A stretch of 64,000 nt of DNA. Origin: Heteronotia binoei. Its lineage: Eukaryota. Position 1 is the stretch's first letter; every line of letters begins with the position of its first letter. Location: NCBI RefSeq assembly GCF_032191835.1, contig NC_083237.1, forward strand, positions 22,568,001-22,632,000, given 5' to 3'. Made by a program: the position numbers and the translations under genes. The notes below the pieces were generated by a model. The model was not told the origin of the DNA, ran no database searches, and was given only the letters and a program-made list of their open reading frames with translations. Positions 37,201 to 47,200 of the stretch are shown here, piece after piece.

Positions 37201-40200
37201 GCAGCCAGGATCCTGTTACCACTCAAGCATCCTTGCTCTTAGAAGGGCCAGAATCCTCTCAGAACTCAGGGCTCAGGGAGCGTCTTGCTTGTGAGCGTGC
37301 CGCCCTCCTCCGATCCCTGAGGTCCTGCCGGAGGCGGTCACGCACACGAGCCACCCGAGAGGGCGAGGCAGGGGGGCTGGGATCTTCTCCAGCAGGAGGC
37401 AGGGGCACTGGTGCAGGTGGCAGGGGCACAGTTTCCTCATCAGACTCAACTTCCTCTGAAGGGTCCCCAGCACCCATGACATACCACTTGTTACCACATC
37501 TGAATTCCACCCTTCAGAGAACTTGTCACATAACCCCAGTGCAGCTGAGGGAGTCACAATTTCCTACTGACTTTGCTAACCTGCTTTAGGGGCAGACTTA
37601 CTTGACAGTGGCTGACAGATTCCAAATGTTTGGAAATTAGTCCTCTGCCATCACTGACACCTGAAATCATCTCAGAATCTTACATCAACTCCTCACACAT
37701 GTGGATTGCCAGAAGCTGTCCTGAGCTAAAATTGCCTCCACAGATTAGTTGGTTTTATCCTAGACCTGAGGCCTGACCAAAGACTGCTGATGACCACTGT
37801 TATAATAGGTGGGGTATGAAGGCTCCGGCATGTATTTGCCCCAGATGAAGCTAGTTCAGAAACTATGGTTCTGGTTCACAGGGCCGGATCTAGGAGGGAG
37901 CAGAGAGGGCGCCTGCCCCAGGTGCCGCCAGAGGGGGAGGTCCAAATTGGGTATGGAGTCCATTGTATTCTATGGGCCCATAAGGGGGTGCCGTTTTTTA
38001 ATTTTGCCCTCCTCAAAAACATATTGATTTGGTCCTACGGGTTCAGTGTGTTGGGAAATTTTGTGAGGGAAATTGTTTAAATTTTCCCAGACAGTTCAAT
38101 GGACCGCTGGATTGCAAAAGAAACTGAAAATAATAACACTATAGACTACGTCTTTACTCTATCGCTAACAAGCTTGGAACTCAGTCAGCTCTCCCAGATC
38201 CAAAACTGCCAACTGCTCTTCTTTAACCATCATTTTTCAACCCTCTTCTTAACATTCCATCAGCTCTCATCTCATTGGGAGTGAGGCAGATATCCCTTCC
38301 TGAGTCAGCTAAACAATAAACTGGTAAACATATTTAACCTATAATGACTGAACTTTAGACACTGCCTAGACTTGCAACATAAATACTCAGAATTCCAACA
38401 CAGTGTGGATCTCTGCAAGCTGCAGGGCCTCTGTCCAACAGGACTGAGACAGCAGATAGACGTCTGCTCAGCTGACATGTGGATCAGGTGAGAAGCCGTA
38501 TCCCTGGCTGTATGCCTTTCTCTGCAAATAACTAGTGAAGTCCCAGCAGCAGGGAGTGTTGAGTCAATGCATGCTGAGGACATATTGACAAGGTGCCTAA
38601 CATAGACCCAAAAGAGCCACAGCCTGTTGAGGCATCAAATACCACTGGGTCAACCTGAGTCGCCAAAGCCCATCTCTGCTCATTTCAAGGCTGAGTTAGG
38701 AGAAAGGGGAGTCATGTATTGGTCCCTCCTGGGTTATCATACTACAAAGTGCTAGCATTCAGCCTCTTAGCAACAGCATTTTCACTGGGCATATCCAGTT
38801 CTGTAGGCTCTTGCTAGCAACCAGTTCACTTGTGTAAGGCCTCCATGATTCTTAACAGAACTCAAGCAAGCGTGCGGGGATTTATCTCATTTTAGTTTCA
38901 CAACAACTTTGTGAGGCAGCTTTGGCTAAAAGACAACAGCCTTACACAGATGTTCGAAATGGACACAGGACATATACAGTGGTTGTTAGGGTGCACACTT
39001 TCTTTACCCCCTCATTGTGTTTGACTTCCATGCATTCTGAGGTCACATCTGCACAGGAGTACCAGCAGATACACCCCAATATATGTAGTCTGCTGAAAAA
39101 CTGAAAATCAGTTTTCAGTCTGCTGAAAAACTGGAGAGGGCAAGTCCAGATATATGTGTGCAGGTGCCTGTCCAGCTGTGACCTCAGAACATACAATGGT
39201 TGGGTGCATGCATGGCAGGGCCAAGGGACATGATCTTAAATCCTTACCAATGCCTTGCTAGAAGCACAGATTCCACCATACCCAATTAGAACATCTGCAT
39301 GGTGAGAAAAGGAATACAACTGTTTTCTCTCATGCTGTAGAAAAGAACAAGAGTTGAGTAGCACCTTAGAGACTTAACAAATTTGTGGCAGAGTATGAGC
39401 TTTTGTGAGTAATTGCTCCCTTCTACAGATATAGCTAGAATGTCAGTCCATCTGTCCTTATATCTTGGAGTGCAGTGATTTCAGATGCCAAATAACCACA
39501 ACAGATGAATTACAGTAGCAAGATGAGTTGTGGAATGCAGAGGATTAGCAGGTGTGGAGAATCAGCATTGGTAATAAGACAAGAAACCTAGGTCTTGATT
39601 TAGTTCAGGAGGATGCATTGTCTTGAGCTTCATTATCACTTCCCATTGAGCAGTCTTCATTCTAATCTCTTTGAAATTCCTTTGAATTTCTCCCATGCTG
39701 TTTTCCAAAAAGAAATTCCCCGTCATTCCTCCACATCAAGCTTCTACTTGCCACAGCAAGAGAAAGGAGAGAGTACCCACATCTTTTTCCTACGGTGGCT
39801 AATAGCATATCTGGGGGTTATTTCCAGGAAATAGCACAGGTGAGAAGCACTGCAGCTTTGATGTAAAACAAGAGCCTCTGCAGCTACTTTTTTGATGCAA
39901 GAGAAAACATTGGGATATCGAATTATGGATCTCTCCCACGAAACCTGTGAAACAGTAAGGTTTGGGGCCAAGCAAGAATTTAAACTTGTGTTTCCTATAA
40001 CCAAATATGGTTGCCATTTCATGGGGGGGGGGGAGGAGTTGGCCTGGTTTATGGTTATGCCTTTAGAAACAGCCAGATGAGCAAAAATTAGCTTTTTGCA
40101 GTATGAAGATAAACACTGAGATTATCTGCGTGGTTGTTTTCTGCTGCTAAAGGATTGTTATTGCACAATCAGCAGGAAAAAGAAATGAACATTGCAGCCT

Positions 40201-42300
40201 ACTAAGTATTTAATTTTATATTCCCCGTAAACAACATATTACTGAGTCTACTAAGAAGAAAGCCTCTTCAAGCAAAGGTTCTGTTTCTCCCTGCAGTTTT
40301 CTTTTGATCCTTTGTTTGCTTCCTAATTACTGAGGCTGGCCATTCAGAAATCACAGATCAATGGTTAATTCTCAGTTCTTGGGAAGGAGCAGTGCTATTT
40401 TCCAAGTTGTAGTCAGCCCTGACCACCGATATATGGAACAACTGCAAATATTGTTTGTAATATATTCTTTAAGAATGCAATACAGAGCAATTGTAAACTA
40501 GTAATAATATAAAATAAAACAGATTAATAGCTACATTTATTTTATTGTTATTATTTTGTAACAACACTATATTGCAATAATAAACAATAATTTAAAAATC
40601 ATGAGCAGTAACTTTGCCAGAATATAAAGTGGAAAATGGTACTGAAGGAGACCCCTTTCCTTCACAAACAGCCTCTAATGTTTAGAATTGATTAGTGATT
40701 AGAAAAAAAACAGCCAGCTGGAAGAGAACAAGAAGGAAACAGAAAGGAAAAAGAATGGAAAAATATTGAAAGAAGCTGTGCAAAACTTCATGGCTCTTTG
40801 ATTGTTCCAGTCGGACAGCCTGATGTTGCTGTTACACTTTAGAATCAAAATAAACCACAACAGTTGCATCAGGAAAAAAGATAGAAAAATGACAGAGGAA
40901 ACAGGACTGGATTGACAATGCTGTCCTGTGGATTCTCCATAAAAAATAATCAGCCATTAAATGACTAAAGTATTAAAATGCTTGTTCCTCAATCTGCCGT
41001 TAAAGTAACAGCCACTGCTAGCAAGCTGACAGGCTACAATTGCCCAGAGAGAAGAAGAAGAAGATGATATTGGATTTATATCCCGCCCTCCACTCTGAAG
41101 AGTCTCAGAGCGTCTCACAATGTCCTTTACCTTCCTCCCTCACAACAGACAACCTCTGCCAGAGGGCTGACCCAAGGCCATGCTAGCAGGTGCAAGTGGA
41201 GGAGTGGGGAATCAAACCCGGTTCTCCCAGATAAGAGTCCACACACTTAACCACTACACCAAACTGGCTCGCCACACCAAACTGACAGAGAGGGGAGATG
41301 CCCTCTGTTCAGGCACAGAGCCTCCTCTCTTTTATTATTCTATGTCTTGTGAGACTAACTCTTAACAGTAAAACCAAGTCCAGGGGCTGAATGCTAACTC
41401 AGGCTGAGCGCAGAGGGAAGCGGCTTGTATAAAAACATCAACAAGACAAATGACTGAAAGCAGCTGCATCCACAACCGGGAGAGAACGACAAAGAACGGT
41501 TAATGCCAGGAAGAAAATATTCTGGTTCTCCGCATGAATGACACCCAGAAACAGCCTCTGCTAGAGGTGGGCTCCAACTATAGATGGGCATTTGTTACAA
41601 TCTGTTTAATGCATAGAATTCTTACGAGATCAGTTCAGGGGAAAAGATACACCTCAACGCTTTTACACTTGAGTATTCCAAACATGCTTACAGTTTTGAA
41701 TCTGTCAATCTTTGGAAAAGAAGCATTAGAGAATAATAAACCACAATACGAAACATTCAATGAAGTAATAACAAGATGGTGTTCGGAGTCAATTACGGTG
41801 GGCAAATGTTAATTGAAATGCATGAGTTGTACAATTCTTTACTTGCATATATACTTTAGTTGTGCCCAATGATGGAAGCTTGGACTCTCAAAAAGTTTAT
41901 ACCATGAAACTCTTGCTGCTCTCTAAGGTTCTACTGGCTTTGAATCTAACCATACAACTCCCAGGACACTTTATGGAGAATTCAATAATCTTCCTCGCCA
42001 CCACAACTCTCAAATAAAGCTACTTGCTCGCAAAATAATTTTGACTTTTTTACTTTGCACGCCTCCCAATAACACCCAAACCAGGCTGTCCAAGAGAAGG
42101 CCAAGGATTTCCAGCCCTAGCAGAAGGCCAAGTCCACTCTGGTCACTCTGCACAGAACGTGTGGGCTTACACCAGCAGACTGTCGCCCCCCTGGCTTCCT
42201 TAAGCCGTGGCCATCTGATCCCCATCCAATTCAACTTACCTCGAAGCACAGATCCAATCAGAAGCATCAGAAAGTGGGATGGAAATGGGAGACCAGCCAT
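1..42300 (-). CDS. ITGAL: Integrin alpha-L (CD11a/LFA-1 alpha), exons 1-9; the gene continues beyond the left edge
   Basis: Coding exons 42240-42300, 17329-17446, 14899-14993, 12644-12708, 7999-8113, 4949-5079, 3805-3950, 3193-3343 and 1-117 all have GT/AG ends and splice in frame. They give a signal peptide, [38 protein letters not shown] and an I-domain with intact MIDAS ([18 protein letters not shown]). The motifs are closer to recalled ITGAL than to ITGAM/ITGAX, and the neighbours SEPTIN1 and DCTPP1 fit. Confidence 0.88.
290..861 (+). mobile_element. hAT (Charlie-like) MITE
   Basis: TIR CAGGGGTGTCAAAC; perfect 8-bp TSD ATCTAGAG. Confidence 0.9.
905..1058 (-). mobile_element. Sauria-type SINE, partial
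   Basis: 3' half of the same family. Confidence 0.75.
1250..1430 (-). mobile_element. 5S rRNA-derived SINE
   Basis: The reverse strand reads GATCTCATCAGATCTCAGAAGCTG..TTAGTACTTGGATGGGAGACCACC. Confidence 0.7.
1692..1965 (-). mobile_element. tRNA-derived SINE (Squam3-like)
   Basis: Minus-strand head GAGAGCCAGTTTGGTGTAGTGGTTAAG (A box), GGTTTGATTCC (B box), (TCT)n tail. Confidence 0.85.
2173..2802 (-). mobile_element. hAT MITE, same family as 290-861, opposite orientation
   Basis: TIRs CAGGGATGTCGAAC and GTTTGACACCCCTG; TSD GTTTAGAG/GTTTACAC (6/8). Confidence 0.85.
3193..3343 (-). CDS. ITGAL: ITGAL exon 8 (I-domain)
   Basis: [37 protein letters not shown]. Confidence 0.93.
3805..3950 (-). 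CDS. ITGAL: ITGAL exon 7 (I-domain)
   Basis: [48 protein letters not shown]; GTGAGT donor. Confidence 0.93.
4949..5079 (-). CDS. ITGAL: ITGAL exon 6 (I-domain start, MIDAS DxSxS)
   Basis: [43 protein letters not shown]. Confidence 0.93.
5278..5477. mobile_element. hAT MITE (TAGGGTTGCCA family)
   Basis: TAGAGTTGCCAG..CTGGCAACCCTA; body similar to 26415-26608. Confidence 0.7.
6108..6379 (-). mobile_element. tRNA-derived SINE (Squam3-like)
   Basis: Same family as 1692-1965. Confidence 0.8.
7474..7708. repeat. 235-bp insert with ~90-bp inverted arms, flanked by a 14-bp direct repeat
   Basis: Arms at about 7499-7588 and 7622-7712; AGCCTCCAGGTGGG at 7460-7473 and 7709-7722. Confidence 0.8.
7999..8113 (-). 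CDS. ITGAL: ITGAL exon 5
   Basis: [38 protein letters not shown]; GTGAGA donor. Confidence 0.92.
11153..11438 (-). mobile_element. tRNA-derived SINE (Squam3-like)
   Basis: Same family, internal deletion in the head. Confidence 0.75.
12195..12470 (-). mobile_element. tRNA-derived SINE (Squam3-like)
   Basis: Same family. Confidence 0.82.
12644..12708 (-). CDS. ITGAL: ITGAL exon 4
   Basis: [21 protein letters not shown]; GTAAGT donor. Confidence 0.88.
13452..13748 (-). mobile_element. Sauria-type SINE
   Basis: AAAGGTAAAGGTAGTCCCCTGTGCAAGC..GGTTTGCCATTGCCTTCCCC (RTE/BovB-like tail)..GGGATCGAACTC (B box). Confidence 0.82.
14188..14453 (+). mobile_element. tRNA-derived SINE inserted into an opposite-strand copy (14068-14187 plus 14454-14592)
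   Basis: Head at 14188, TCTTCTTC tail at about 14445-14453; the host copy resumes at CAGAAGCTGCCC. Confidence 0.82.
14899..14993 (-). CDS. ITGAL: ITGAL exon 3
   Basis: [31 protein letters not shown]; FG-GAP motif; GTGAGT donor. Confidence 0.92.
15375..15597 (+). mobile_element. tRNA-derived SINE fragment
   Basis: B box GGTTTGATTCC, body and TCTTCTTC tail. Confidence 0.7.
16720..17015 (-). mobile_element. tRNA-derived SINE (Squam3-like)
   Basis: Same family, diverged. Confidence 0.72.
17329..17446 (-). CDS. ITGAL: ITGAL exon 2
   Basis: [38 protein letters not shown]; ttttggcag acceptor, GTAATT donor. Confidence 0.9.
18345..18490. mobile_element. Penelope-like element terminal fragment
   Basis: AATAAAACTTTGTTGGTTTTAAAGGTGCTACTGGACTC motif, repeated at about 16128-16228, 39345-39470, 41865-41950 and 55970-56060. 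Family assignment from memory. Confidence 0.55.
18514..18778 (-). mobile_element. tRNA-derived SINE (Squam3-like)
   Basis: Same family. Confidence 0.8.
19224..19252. repeat. (TC)n microsatellite
   Basis: Directly visible; (GA)n at about 214-234 and (CT)n(CA)n at about 43911-43945 as well. Confidence 0.9.
19905..20178 (-). mobile_element. tRNA-derived SINE (Squam3-like)
   Basis: Same family. Confidence 0.82.
20773..24265 (-). mobile_element. tRNA-derived SINE split by the CR1 (20773-20937 plus 24151-24265)
   Basis: The two halves join into the family consensus across the CR1. Confidence 0.82.
20938..24150 (+). mobile_element. CR1 LINE, 5'-truncated, ORF2 broken by frameshifts and stops
   Basis: YTNARSL APE endonuclease start, [29 protein letters not shown]; 3' (TTCTTATG)2 tail. 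It splits a SINE and is flanked by ATGACAA twice. Confidence 0.95.
24668..24852. mobile_element. Palindromic MITE (CAGGGCTTTTTT family)
   Basis: CAGGGCTTTTTTT..AAAAAAGCCCTG with self-complementary arms. Confidence 0.78.
26415..26608. mobile_element. hAT MITE (TAGGGTTGCCA family)
   Basis: TIRs TAGGGTTGCCAG and CTGGCAAATCTA; perfect 8-bp TSD GTAAATGC. Related copies at about 5278-5477, 5811-5945, 15158-15277, 17000-17160, 19375-19565, 30921-31138, 44650-44860 and 58735-59440. Confidence 0.85.
30232..30425 (+). mobile_element. 5S rRNA-derived SINE with RTE/BovB-like tail
   Basis: CAGATCTCGGAAGCTAAG..GGTCAGCCCTGGTT..TTTGGATGCGAGACCACC resembles the 5S internal promoter; followed by GGCAACGGAAAACCA..TCTTGCCTTGAAAACC. 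Relatives at about 1250-1430 (-), 43750-43895, 54235-54410, 56730-56925 and 59990-60160 (-). Confidence 0.75.
30465..30756 (-). mobile_element. Sauria-type SINE
   Basis: Same family as 13452-13748. Confidence 0.82.
30921..31138. mobile_element. hAT MITE (TAGGGTTGCCA family)
   Basis: TAGGGTTGTCAG..CTGGCAACCCTA; no clean TSD. Confidence 0.7.
31730..31959 (-). mobile_element. tRNA-derived SINE abutting the Gypsy TSD
   Basis: Same family; its head ends at the TACCA TSD. Confidence 0.7.
31965..32557 (-). repeat. 3' LTR
   Basis: Direct repeat of 36889-37481, preceded on the minus strand by a G-rich PPT (about 32558-32585). Confidence 0.97.
32335..36021 (-). CDS. pol: Pol (protease, RT, RNase H, integrase, chromodomain) in the -1 frame of gag
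   Basis: Frame is open from 36021 to 32335. Motifs: LDSGA, YLDD, DAS RNase H, HHCC, integrase core, GPY motif, chromodomain [12 protein letters not shown]. Confidence 0.96.
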   Translation of the reverse strand, partial: ASDTWTFAATAAKRAAPGVSGPPSLGRLAGSSEQRADTPGPFLLPVKLRLPDERWLFVYAMLDSGAAHCFIDAAFVKQHQIPVQTKGIPSLVEAIDGRLLRSGPVTQETCPITFHVQQHQEQLRFDVARMPRFPLILGLSWLKLHNPIVDWAQQELRFRDPCPHLTPPTTLAAGIPSGGPQLPQKYVDFADVFEETGADQLPPHRPYDCAIDLVPGAPLPVGRLYPMSEPELAALRDFLDKNLKRGFIRPSTSPLSAPVLFVKKKSGELRLCNDYRALNKITIRDRYPLPLIPELLDRLKGAQIYTKLDLRGAYNLVRIRPGDEWKTAFGTRYGQYEHLVMPFGLTNAPAVFQRFMNDIFRDLLDRFAIIYLDDILIYSRNPAQHAEHVRQVLQRLRAHGLYAKLEKCDFDLRSVEFLGHIVSPQGILMDPKKVEAVLTWQAPQNRKDLQRFLGFANYYRQFIPAYASLTTPLTQLLRPKEPFHWSPEADNAFSTLKTRFATGPLLRYPDPQLPFTVEADASNVALGAVLSQREELSQPLQPCAYYSRQLTAAERNYTIWERELLAIKAAFEVWRHYLEGARHPVQVLTDHRNLEHLQTTRRLNQRQIRWSLFFSRFDFRISYIPHTQNRKADALSRKPEYAPASTETAPAAPILPPSVFAATSTSPALVEDIRASQANDPWVQQHLQALQDDPTGEFTTRGGLLLHRERLYVPPGPLRAEVLRLTHDSLPAGHFGQHKTTHLLTREFWWPRVRADVARYVSSCDVCRRAKDIPAKPSGLLQPLPTSSGPWDTISMDFITELPRSKGQTCIWVVVDLFTKMAHFVPCPKLPTAQETAQLYLQHIFRLHGLPAHLISDRGPQFSSRFWQALHSSLGTRVHLSSAYHPQTDGQTERTNATLEQYLRCYTCYQQDDWTTLLPLAEFAYNNAVHSSTQMTPFAATYGYHPRFFPAILPPTNVPVVDAYLQELRASQDLLREQLQQAKEAYKRAADRKRQEGPPVQPGDQVWLSTRYLRRPGRSHKLDARFIGPYPVVEQINPVAFRLQLPPHLRIHPVFHRSLLVPAAPPDPARTPSPPPPPPVLVDDEEEYEVRQILDSRYHRGGLQYLVDWEGYGPEDRSWEPEDNLHAPDLVHQFHNDHPDLPGPSTEGVPGGGDSVMGAGDPSEEVESDEETVPLPPAPVPLPPAGEDPSPPASPSRVARVRDRLRQDLRDRRRAARSQARRSLSPEF
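35964..36854 (-). CDS. gag: Gag (capsid-like domain plus CCHC knuckle), 296 aa
   Basis: PDRFGG..FLAQC; sushi/PEG10-like capsid region; [14 protein letters not shown] knuckle. Confidence 0.95.
   Translation of the reverse strand: MDAEASETTELLAALQAQVQQLTQAVVHLQQQPAASAPAKCPVPPPDRFGGAVEEFPAFLAQCRLYFELRARDFLNDKTKVCFVISLLKGQAAKWATPLLVASSPLLTDYQGFEAHLSAAFSNPVQAATANRKIRALKQGNSSVAQYATEFKLLTQDLAWNEAAQMDQFTEGLAEEVLDELARVEQPPTLQELITLCLRIDGRLESRRQAKTRGRQLPAPCYLAPRPSPASTSTKDEPMQLGAARPRLTPEEKTRRRTQNLCLYCGTAGHYASGCPAKHRIPGPSLPPPPKGQPQA
36889..37481 (-). repeat. 5' LTR
   Basis: TGTCA..TGACA; TATATA at 37147-37152; reads identical to 31965-32557. Confidence 0.97.
41049..41270 (-). mobile_element. tRNA-derived SINE (Squam3-like), internally deleted
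   Basis: Same family. Confidence 0.8.
42240..42300 (-). CDS. ITGAL: ITGAL exon 1 (signal peptide)
   Basis: ATG at 42300; [20 protein letters not shown](G); 61 nt; GTAAGT donor; phase 1 matches exon 2. Confidence 0.75.
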
Positions 42301-43914
42301 GGTGTTGTGGCAGCAAAGGTTGTAGCCGCTTATCTTCAGGAGAGCATGACCTGGTAGGAGACGCCAGGGCACCCAGCTGAAGAATTCGATAAAGCCAAGA
42401 GATACTTTTGGAGCAGAGTGAGACTGAAAGAACACAAGAAGCAGAGGAAAGGGGAAGGGGTGGAAAGACTTTTCAATTTCCAAACAGATAGTGATCTCTC
42501 ACACTCCCCACACCCCCTCCCTTTGTGTGCCACTGCACAAGGTGCAGTAAGCATGGGCCAGAGGGAACTGGCAACACATGGGTGACAGGAGGAAGGAACC
42601 TACGCTTCTTCCTGCCTCTGCTCAAAGGGAGAGTGGTGAAATGCACCAAGCTGCCCCCAAGCAATGAGAGTTGCGTCAGCCCACGCGTGACAAAAACACT
42701 TTTTGCACTGCAATGCCTGATTTCCTGTGAACAGGATAGTGGTTTTGCCTAAATTCCTGCCTATTTTGACAGCAAGGATTTAACATCCTAACACTGATGT
42801 GTCTTTTGCAGGTTCCTGAATGGGCATTTTGTTAGCAGGGGTCTGAAGCCGGTACTCAGCAAGTGTGTCAGTAGGAGGAACTGCCATTTTGCAATTTCAA
42901 AAAATCAGTGAGAGGCTGGAGGAGGGGGAAAGAGAGCGCGTTTCCTATCGGGAGTTAGCTGAAAACTATGAAGCATCTGGCGGTGTGGGGGGGGTGGGGG
43001 GGGTTCTTTGCTGCCTGCTGAGCATGAATAATCTATGGATCACTTCCATGAGGGATAGTAACACACCACACCAAAACATTACAAAAGATTCACCTAAAAT
43101 ACATATTTCTGTACAGCTCAGCAAATGCAGTGTTATAAATATTTATATTTTATGGTTGCTGTATTAGCTATCTTCCAAAAAATGTTCAGAATTTTAAAAA
43201 TTCCTAGCAACGCTGGCAAAGAAATAAGATTGATCTAGAGGCCAAGGTGTAATGAATTTAAATTAGAGAGGTAACTAGATCCTGAACTTTTATCCTAACC
43301 TTCCAGTAAGGAGTTTGAAGCAATCTCTCTCTCTCCCCCTACGAAAGCCAATTTCTAAATAAACAAGCTATTAGAATGTATTGCTCTTATACTTTTTATT
43401 GAACTTTTAATGTCAGTGCATTGTACTTTCTCTGTTTACTTATTTAAACTGTGTAAGGTAATTTTGAGTCCCAGGACGAAAAGTGCACAAATAAATAAAT
43501 AAATGCTAATTTCACCGTTAGGGAAACAAGACCAGTAGGGGGTGCTGGAAGGTTTTCCTAGCCATTTACCTGAGCCCAAGCATGGATAGTTTTAGAAAAC
43601 AGCTCAGACAGTTCATATATGCTGTTGCCCAGGGTTTACAAAAACACGGAACTGGACCATAGTACATTAGCATTATGGTAATGAAATTAATTTCCTTGGG
43701 AACTTTTAATAGCATTAATCTTTCCATGGGAGGGAAGGTGGCACAGTATAGTCTGATCTCCAGAAGCTAAGCAGTGGTCAGTACTTAAAAGAGAGAGACC
43801 ACCAAGGAAGGCTCTGTAGAAGACGGCAATGGCAAACCAGTTCTGCTTAACCACTTGCCCTGAAAACCCCTGCTGGGTTTGTCGTAAGCTAGCTGCAACT
43901 TGATGACACCTCTT

Positions 43915-43945
<31 letters not shown>

Positions 43946-44250
43946 GAGTATCTTTACATGTCTGCCCAGTACAATGATCGTGGGCAAAAGGCAGGGAAGT
44001 ACATAGGTAGAAACACCAACAACACAGCCAAATTCTGTACTGCACTTTAGCAACATCCACTTACAACTAGCATCACCCACAGGTGAAGAAGGAAAAAAAC
44101 TAGAAATGAAAGTGGGCCAGCCAATGGGGGACCACAACGGGTGTGAAGACTGGCTTCCTGTTTCCCCAATGCGAGAGGAAGTGGTAAGCTGAGAGACAGC
44201 AAGGTACGCAGACAGCACTCTGTCTTGAACTGCACAGCCAGAGGCCAGAT
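42301..44250. promoter_or_regulatory. Divergent promoter interval between ITGAL (-) and SEPTIN1 (+)
   Basis: Start codons face away from each other 1.95 kb apart. RUNX core ACCACA at 44131-44136 and ETS/PU.1-type GAGGAAGT at 44175-44182. Confidence 0.5.
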
Positions 44251-47200
44251 ATGGTAAGTACCCAGAAAACAGCCCCCCTTGGCCTTGTTTCTTTTCTGGG
44301 TTTGAGAAGCAAGGGGTGTCAGGATACCAGGGAAGGCCCAGCCTTGAGGGGTGGTCTTTGATGGAATCTTTCCCTGTGCCTTAGGACAAAGATTATGTTG
44401 GCTTTGCTACCCTGCCCAGCCAAGTCCACAGGAAATCCGTGAAGAAGGGCTTTGACTTCACTCTGATGGTCGCAGGTAAAGTGATAAAATTACCGTTTCT
44501 TTCACTGTAATGAACACCAACCCGACATTCCCAGGACATCTGGATTCTCTATTTTTTCACACAGCTGCAGATATGCTGTTGTATAAAATGGTGCCTCCTT
44601 GTAGCCATTTGCATAGTCTGGTAGTTGAAGGAGAATATAGTTAGCATTTAGGATGGCCAACCTTAGGTGAGGGCCTTGCTTTCTCCTGGAATTACATCTC
44701 AATTTCTCCAAAGATCAGTTTCTCTGTGGGGAAATGGCCATTTAGGAGGGTGGATTCTCTGGCATCACATCCCTGCTGAGTTCCCTCTCCAAACCACCCT
44801 TTCTAGGATCCCCACCCCCACAAATCCACAGGAATTTCCCAAGCCAGAGTGGTGCTGGCATCCTAAGTGCTCGTTTAATAGACCTATTGGACTGTTCTTT
44901 CCACAAATGTAAAGGGGATTCAACCCACTTGAAAACTGGTATGGGAGAGGCAGAAACTCAGAGGTCCTAACAGGCAGGCCCTCTGACCCATTTAGCTACA
45001 TTCTCCTCCCAAACAAGGAAGGGAGGGGGCCTAAGGAACATTTCACAAAGTTCCAGCTTTGTTTCTGTACTTATTTTCCACGTACTTTATGCAGATGCCC
45101 TGGCACAATCAAATCGGATGAGACACTGGAAGATCTGTAGGTGGATGGATCTCCAGCACTTTGCACTGGGGAAGGGAGGGGAGCTAAAACTTTTCCTCTT
45201 GAACTGTTTGGTGCACTTCAGACATCCCTCTGAAGCTGAGATTTGCTGTTAGAGAAACACCCAGGTTGCTTCAATATTGCCTGCACATTTTCCTCACTGG
45301 ACAAACCGCAGCTTGGGAGGAGGGGAGAGTGGTTTGAGCTCACGAAATAGAGTGGGAGGAGGAAAGAAAGACTTCAATCTGCCCCATCATGCCCTACCCT
45401 GCAGCTTTAATCTTGGGTCCCTGGCACTGCCATAACAATGTTTTGATATGCAGTCATGGATTTTCCAGTGTGTGGCTTGATATGACCCCAAGAACTGTAG
45501 AATCATCAATTTATTCCCTCTCACTCATTCATTCTACAGGAGAGTCTGGCCTGGGAAAATCCACCCTCATCAATAGCCTTTTCTTGACAGATCTGTACAA
45601 AGATCGGACAGTTCCAGATGCCCAAGGTGAGCAAGGCTTCTTGTCATGAACAATCACAACAATAAAGTAGCCTCATCAGCATGCAGAGTGCTTTGAAGCA
45701 TAACCACAGGATGACAGATCCCTGCCCCAAGGCAATTACAATCTGAATTGCACATAGGGAGGCTATGGAGGGAAAGAAGGCAGCTACAGTAAATGGGACT
45801 AGGATTAAGAATAGGACTAAGGGCCTCTGTTGCAAAAAAGGTGAGTTTCTACAAGGAAGGAAATCTCCTTGGCTATTCTGGAGTCAGCTTAGGCATAAGG
45901 GGAGGCAAGGGAGAAAGGGCAAGGTTGTCTGAGGGAGCGGGAGACCTTTGGATGGCCAAGGGGGATGGACCAAAGATCTCGGGCAGGGATATATTGGGTG
46001 ACAAGAACAGAGAGAGAAGGGCAGCCAAGTCCACAGAGGGCTTTGAAGGTAAAGATTAAGAGTTTGTGCTGGATTTGAGCACTCAGAGATTCAGGACAGA
46101 GAGAAGGAGTGTCTTATGGTCAAAGGAACCAATGAAATCAATGACTTGGGTGGCAGTGATCTATACTGATGGGCATTGTCTGGAACATTAGGAGGCAGGA
46201 AGAGCATTTTGCTGACTGTTCTTCCATCCTGCCTCGTCTCCCTGCTCTGCAGCCAGGATCCCTCAGACGCTGGAGATCATCAAGCATGCTGTAGATATTG
46301 AAGAAAGGGGGGTGAAAGTGAAATTGACAGTGATCGACACTCCGGGACTTGGAGATGCAGTGAACAACGAGGAGTGGTAAGAGGTCACATATATATGGAT
46401 ATGTGCCACGGTCACCCTAATGGTGACAAAGGTGACCAAAAAGGGGCACCATCAGGAAGATGGCATGCAAGGAATTACAGTTCTTGGATCTTTTGAAGGA
46501 ACTGTGGAACCAACCAAATTAGAACTTTGGAACTTAGTTTTAAAATTATTTCTGTCAACATTCTGATAAATTTCTCTGTTCCAAATGTAAACTGTAGCGA
46601 TTTTAAAGTTAAGATCCAGTTTTGAGGACTACTTTCAAAATATCAGTGTAGACAATAAAGTTTATATTCTTAAGTATTAACTTCCTACATACAATATCTT
46701 AAACCTGTTCTTCTCAAACTTTTAGCTCAGCAATCTCTCATAATTGGTTATATGGTGTTCAATGGTTTAAATTGCAAGAAAATTTAAAATGTCATGCGCG
46801 TGTAGGTTTTTTGTAGCAGGAACTCCTTTGCATATTAGGCCACATACCCCTGATGTAGTCAATCCTCTAAGAGCTTACAGGGCTCTTAGCACAGGGCCTA
46901 CTGTAAGCTCTTGAAGGATTGGCTACATCAAGAGGGTGTGGCCTAATATGCAAAGGAGTTCCTGCTACAAAAAAGGCTGTGTGGGTGAATCTATCTGAGA
47001 GGGCTCTTTCTCATAACATCGTTTTCCTTCCCAATCTCTTGCGCAACATACAGCTGGAAGCCAATTGCCCATTACATCGACTGCCAGTTCGAGCAGTACT
47101 TTCGAGACGAGAGCGGCCTTGACCGCAAGAATATTCAGGATGGCCGCGTTCACTGCTGCCTCTACGTCCTCTCACCTTTTGGACATGGGTATAATGTGTG

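Larger units (their letters stand above)
31965..37481 (-). mobile_element. Full-length Ty3/Gypsy chromovirus LTR retrotransposon (Tf1/sushi type), 5517 bp
   Basis: Two 593-bp LTRs with TG..CA ends; 5-bp TSD TACCA (31960-31964 and 37482-37486); polypurine tract next to the 3' LTR; intact gag and pol. Confidence 0.97.

Noticed and set aside
42010-42483. 157-aa minus-strand ORF
   Set aside because: Only 42240-42300 is meaningful (ITGAL signal-peptide exon); the rest is UTR or intron.
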